Positions 59,672 to 64,000 of a stretch of DNA of 64,000 nucleotides are shown here, piece after piece. The position numbers and the translations under genes were made by a program. The notes beneath the pieces were generated by a model. It saw only the letters and a program-made list of their open reading frames with translations, was not told where the DNA came from and ran no database searches. The DNA lies in contig SPJN01000004.1 in assembly GCA_006844605.1 (NCBI GenBank), positions 78,635 through 142,634 on the forward strand. The letters are read 5' to 3'. Within the stretch, counting starts at the first letter, position 1, and the number at the start of each line of letters is the position of its first letter. The stretch comes from Hyphomicrobiales bacterium (lineage in GTDB: Bacteria > Pseudomonadota > Alphaproteobacteria > SPJN01).

Positions 59672-60621
59672 TGTCCGTCACTGCTGCACAAACCAGCAAC
59701 CCTTATGGGGAGCCTACTGCCCATTTTTTTGATGCGGGGGCCGGGCCGAACATTGCATGGTATGAATGGGGCAATCCTGATGGGCCTGTCCTGTTTTTGT
59801 GCCATGCCACGGGCTTCCACGCGCAGGTTTGGCGGCAGACGATTGCCAACCTGCCCGAAGGCTATCGCATCATTGCGGTTGATATGTGTGGACATGGGCA
59901 CAGCGATGCTGACGGGTTCATGACGAACTGGCGTGATCCGGTTGATGATATCATCGCGTTGATCGAAGCGTTGGACCTGCATGACATTATCGGCGTGGGC
60001 CATTCATTTGGCGGGATGGTCACGGCCACCGCGACGACGCTTATTCCTGAACGGTTTGCGCGGCTGGTGTTGATTGATCCTGTGATCCTGCCGCCTGAAG
60101 CCTATGCCAATGACGCCATGACTGATTTCCCCCATCCGTCAAAACACCCGATGGCAAAGCGTCGGTATGAGTGGCATTCAGTGGCTGAGATGGTGGACCG
60201 TTTTGCCCATCGGCATCCTTACGATAAATGGTTGCCTGAGGCGTTGGTGGATTATTGCCAGTATGGATTGGTGCCCAATCCGGCGGGCGAGGGGGTGGTG
60301 TTGGCCTGTCATCCACATTTTGAAGCCTCAATCTATATGACCAGCAATAGCTTTCGGGTGCATGATGATTTGCACAAAATCAACTGCCCTGTAAAAGTGC
60401 TGCGCGCCAAACAACGGACAGAACTTGATCCCGCCCGGATCGACTTTTCGCTGTCCCCCACATGGCCGGTGCTGGCCGACAAAATTCCGCAAGGGGTAGA
60501 TATTTATCTGCCCCAGCTCACCCATTTTATGCCGATGCAGGACCCCCATTTGGTTGCGCGCCTTATTGCGGATCCTGACTATTTGGCAGAAGATATAACC
60601 AAACATGAAAACGTGGAGTGA
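59671..60621 (+). CDS. Alpha/beta hydrolase
   Basis: HATGF, D..GHG.S, GHSFGG nucleophile elbow and THFMPM motifs. Confidence 0.9.
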
Positions 60622-60626
60622 ACGTC

Positions 60627-61946
60627 ATGAAATTGATCAGTGAAGAAGCGTGGGAAGACGTTATTGGCTATAAGCCTGCCCATCCGATCACCTATCCGAC
60701 ACCGCCGGGTTTCGACCTTGCCGATGTGTCTATGTGGACCAAGGGGCATCCGTTTGATTTTTATAAGCAATTGCGCGAAGAAGCGCCCGTTGCCTGGTTC
60801 GATGTGCCGGAGGCTCAGGGTTTTTGGGCCGTCACCCGTTACGAAGATATTAAACAAGTTGAATTGCACCCTGAGATTTTCTCCTCACAAATGGGCGGCA
60901 TCAACATGGCTTATGGCAAGCCAAATGAACGGCACCCCCGGTTGCACAGCGCGACACTGAACACGTTGATCAGTATGGATCGGCCGCAGCACATCGACCT
61001 GCGGATGCAACACCGTGATTTCTTTACCCCCCAATATGTGGAAAGCCTGCGCGAACGTGTGCGTGGGGAAGTGACCCGCCTGTTGGACAATGTAGAGAAA
61101 AATGGGCCGAAAACAGATTTCGTCAAACATTTTTCAACTCGTCTGCCATTGTTTACCCTTTGTGAAATGATGGGCATTCCCGAACGTGACCGGGCCAAGG
61201 TTGTGCGGTGGATGTACTATCTTGAACAGGCTGCGGCCTTGTTTTCGCAACGGACAAAGGGGGGGATCCCGCCTTATCTGTTCATTATGCGCTTTATGTG
61301 GAACATCCGTCAGATGTTCAAATATGGCGAAAAGGCATTGAATGGCCGCCGCGCCAATCCGCAAGATGACCTGATGACGAAAATTGCCCAAGCCACCATA
61401 GGGGATGAACAATTGCGTCAGGAATTTTTGGATGGTGCATGGCTGCTGATTATTTTCGCCGGTAATGACACCACACGTAATTCGCTGTCAGGCACGATGC
61501 GTCTGCTGACCGAATTCCCTGACCAACGCCAGCGTGTGTTGGATGATCCGTCATTGATCCCGCAAATGGCACAGGAAGCTGTCCGCATGACGTCGCCTGT
61601 TATTCATATGCGTCGGACTGTGACGCAGGATACTGAACTGAACGGCCAGAAAATGGTGCGCGGTGAAAAAGTGATCATGTGGTACGGCTCAGCCAATCGT
61701 GACCCGGCGGTGTTTGAAGACCCGGATCGGTTTGATGTGACACGTGCCAATGCAACCGACCATATGGCATTCGGCTTTGGTCCCCATGTTTGCCTTGGCC
61801 AGCGAATTGCTGCCATGCAGATTGAGGAAGCCTATAAGCAAATCCTTGAACGCTTCCCCAACATCAAATGGACAGGCAAGCAGGACATTTCGATGAACAA
61901 TTTCGTTCACGCGATTAATGGACTGGAGGTTGATATCCGGGGCTAG
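60627..61946 (+). CDS. Cytochrome P450
   Basis: I-helix AGNDTT, EAVR, PDRFD and heme motif FGFGPHVCLG; GGAG upstream of ATG 60627. Confidence 0.96.
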   Translation: MKLISEEAWEDVIGYKPAHPITYPTPPGFDLADVSMWTKGHPFDFYKQLREEAPVAWFDVPEAQGFWAVTRYEDIKQVELHPEIFSSQMGGINMAYGKPNERHPRLHSATLNTLISMDRPQHIDLRMQHRDFFTPQYVESLRERVRGEVTRLLDNVEKNGPKTDFVKHFSTRLPLFTLCEMMGIPERDRAKVVRWMYYLEQAAALFSQRTKGGIPPYLFIMRFMWNIRQMFKYGEKALNGRRANPQDDLMTKIAQATIGDEQLRQEFLDGAWLLIIFAGNDTTRNSLSGTMRLLTEFPDQRQRVLDDPSLIPQMAQEAVRMTSPVIHMRRTVTQDTELNGQKMVRGEKVIMWYGSANRDPAVFEDPDRFDVTRANATDHMAFGFGPHVCLGQRIAAMQIEEAYKQILERFPNIKWTGKQDISMNNFVHAINGLEVDIRG

Positions 61947-61987
61947 ACCTGTCCTGAACGGATGATCAACCGAAGACAGTTGTGATT

Positions 61988-62029
61988 GATGGCGCGGTGC
62001 CGGGGTTATCCCGCCGCGCCATCTTTTTT
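61988..62029 (+). terminator. Intrinsic terminator after P450, overlapping the end of the convergent MFS gene
   Basis: GATGGCGCGG...CCGCGCCATC stem followed by TTTTTT. Confidence 0.65.
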
Positions 62030-63478
62030 GTCGCCACGTGCCATCAGGGCAAGGTGAATATTCTTCAGCCGTTCCTTGGTGATGTCGTAACGCATCACAA
62101 ACAGCAGTGCCAAAATACTCAACGGTGCCCAAATCGGTCCGCCCAGCAAGGCCACCCAATTCAATGTCTCTTGCGGAATGTCACCAGCCTGCGAGGCGTT
62201 TTCGGGGAAACCGATCAGGTCCAGACCAACACCGCCCAGCAATGTGCCGACACCGGTTGCCGCCTTCGCTGAAAATGAGCGCGCGCCAAAAAATATGCCT
62301 TCTTGTCGGTCGCCATAGCGGGCCTCGTAATCATCGGTGATGTCAGCCATCATGCTGTCGCCAATCACAAGTGTGATCCCGACCAGCAAGGCCCACATGG
62401 CCGTCCAGCCAGATACATGCCAGATCAACATGGGGTCGCCGTTTTCAGGAAACACGCCGTAAAGACGGGATAGGACGGGTACGGCTCCAACCAGTATAGA
62501 TGCGGCCAACGCCCCCAGAAACAATGTTTTCTTTTCCATATGGGGGGCAAGCGAAGCAGCTGTGGGAATACCGATCATGATGCCGAACATCAATGACATG
62601 GCATAAATGAACAACTGGTCTGTTGTGAATTCCCAAAAGAAAACCCCAACATGATTGGTAAATGCCTTTTGAATGCCAGACAGGATAAAGATGGCAAGAA
62701 GACCACTGAACAAGGCGCTGAAGCTGCGGACGCTCAACGCCTGTTTCAGTTCGCGAAAGGCCTTTCGAAGGGCACGGATCGGATGGCTGTCGGTTAAATT
62801 GGCGTTGCGCGAGATGTCCCGAAATTTGGTCGTGCGCCAGATCATGACCATCGCGCTGACTGCAATCATAATGACCGTCATGATGATATAGGAGCGATAG
62901 CCGTCAGGGTTCAACATGCCATTGGCATAGTCCGGTGTTTCGGCAAAGAAGACACCGAAAGCCAAACCCAAAATGATGATAGAGGCGACATAGCCAACCA
63001 TTTGCCGCCACACAACGATACTAGTCCGTTCATGATAATCTGAGCTCATCTCAGCGCCGAGCGAGATATAGGGGACGCCCAACAACGTCATGGCCCCACG
63101 TGCCAGAATGGTGAACACCAACATCCAGAGGAACAACTGCATATCAGCCAGTCCGGCTGGAGGTTGGAAAATGGCATAGATACTAAGCGTCAGTGGAATG
63201 ATTGATGCCATCATAAACGGATGACGCCGGCCAAACCGCTTGCCCCGCCACCCGTCAGAGAGGGAGCCGACCAAGGGGTCCGTGACCGCATCAAAGACAA
63301 GGGCAATGGCAACGGCCAATCCCGCCAATGTGCCGGGCAGGCCCAAAACCTGATTATAGTAAAAGAACAAAAACGTATCGAACGCGACAAAGTTTGCCGA
63401 TTCAGCTATTTGCCCAGTGGCATAGCCGAGTTTGTCTTTTACGCTGACAGTCTTTTTCGGTGCCGCCAAGTCGGTCAT
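62006..63478 (-). CDS. MFS transporter, glycoside-pentoside-hexuronide (MelB-like) family
   Basis: KLGYATG, DAVTDPLVGSLSD, GRRHPF, EMSSDYHERT and ADITD...G.RQEG motifs. Confidence 0.9.
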   Translation of the reverse strand: MTDLAAPKKTVSVKDKLGYATGQIAESANFVAFDTFLFFYYNQVLGLPGTLAGLAVAIALVFDAVTDPLVGSLSDGWRGKRFGRRHPFMMASIIPLTLSIYAIFQPPAGLADMQLFLWMLVFTILARGAMTLLGVPYISLGAEMSSDYHERTSIVVWRQMVGYVASIIILGLAFGVFFAETPDYANGMLNPDGYRSYIIMTVIMIAVSAMVMIWRTTKFRDISRNANLTDSHPIRALRKAFRELKQALSVRSFSALFSGLLAIFILSGIQKAFTNHVGVFFWEFTTDQLFIYAMSLMFGIMIGIPTAASLAPHMEKKTLFLGALAASILVGAVPVLSRLYGVFPENGDPMLIWHVSGWTAMWALLVGITLVIGDSMMADITDDYEARYGDRQEGIFFGARSFSAKAATGVGTLLGGVGLDLIGFPENASQAGDIPQETLNWVALLGGPIWAPLSILALLFVMRYDITKERLKNIHLALMARGDKKDGAAG

Positions 63479-63613
63479 TGTCTGCTAATCCCCCAACGCT
63501 GCGTGTTGCAGCCAGTCATCAGTTTTATTGTCACTTGTCAGATAGGTAAAGAAATATTCTTGATTGCTTGATCAATTTTTAGTTCACTATGTGAAACAAA
63601 ATGGGCAGGTAAA

Positions 63614-64000
63614 ATGAAACTAACAAAGCACCCTATGAACACCGGATTTGATTGGCAGGATCGGCAGGGGCCATTTAAGCTGATTACCGATGCGCAGGCT
63701 GCGCAATATAACAATCAGGGTTTTTTCGTTCTTGAAAATGTTTTTTCTGCGGAAGAAATCGCTGCGGTTGAAGCGGCGATTGACCCATTGGAACAACAGA
63801 CCGAGGCGTTTTTGCGCACACAGGCTGATGGCAAATTGTTTATCGCGCAGGCTGATCAAATCACCTTCACTATCAACTGTGTGTTGCATAACGAAGTCTT
63901 GAAACGGTTTACCCAGCATAATGTGTTTGCTGATTTGTGCCATGACTTGATGGGGCCTGACTGTCGGTTGTATTGGGATCAAGCGGTTTACAAAAAGCCT
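63614..64000 (+). CDS. Phytanoyl-CoA dioxygenase (PhyH) family protein (runs off the right edge)
   Basis: Not in the ORF track. Hand translation gives MKLTKHP...QYNNQGFFVLENVFSAEEI...LMGPDCRLYWDQAVYKKP, open to the edge. Confidence 0.8.
   Translation, partial: MKLTKHPMNTGFDWQDRQGPFKLITDAQAAQYNNQGFFVLENVFSAEEIAAVEAAIDPLEQQTEAFLRTQADGKLFIAQADQITFTINCVLHNEVLKRFTQHNVFADLCHDLMGPDCRLYWDQAVYKKP

Overview
Gene-dense chromosomal segment, probably from a marine alphaproteobacterium (inferred from gene content and order). No integrase, transposase, prophage, CRISPR array or rRNA gene is visible. Left to right it carries pxpABC, lpxL, argC, an OmpA-like lipoprotein, aminotransferase-hom-glpX-recJ and tRNA-Glu. 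Next is a long minus-strand run: a multi-MrpD Na+/H+ antiporter operon continuing into sufS, sufU and an SDR that has both halohydrin dehalogenase motifs. Then come csp, DUF192, tRNA-Pro, an NDUFS4-like gene, tRNA-Arg, a complete pseBCFGHI pseudaminic acid cluster, and a TonB receptor-epoxide hydrolase-amidohydrolase unit. A yeeE/yedE pair behind a SqrR/BigR-like operator is followed by a cobalamin riboswitch with btuBFCD, a GH29 fucosidase and uup. The right end holds lipid or xenobiotic catabolic genes (thiolase, crotonase, sulfatase, EthA-like monooxygenase, P450). The most unusual element is an AT-richer 2.7 kb block (48207-50899). It encodes three very divergent exported proteins sharing a four-cysteine skeleton with an exact C-x31-C spacing. 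The third copy is fused to a membrane domain and split by one in-frame TAG that preserves that spacing. Also notable are the halohydrin dehalogenase translationally coupled to sufSU, and a structured leader that sequesters the ribosome-binding site of a Glyoxalase_8-like gene. All calls come from reading motifs by eye; no database search was run.
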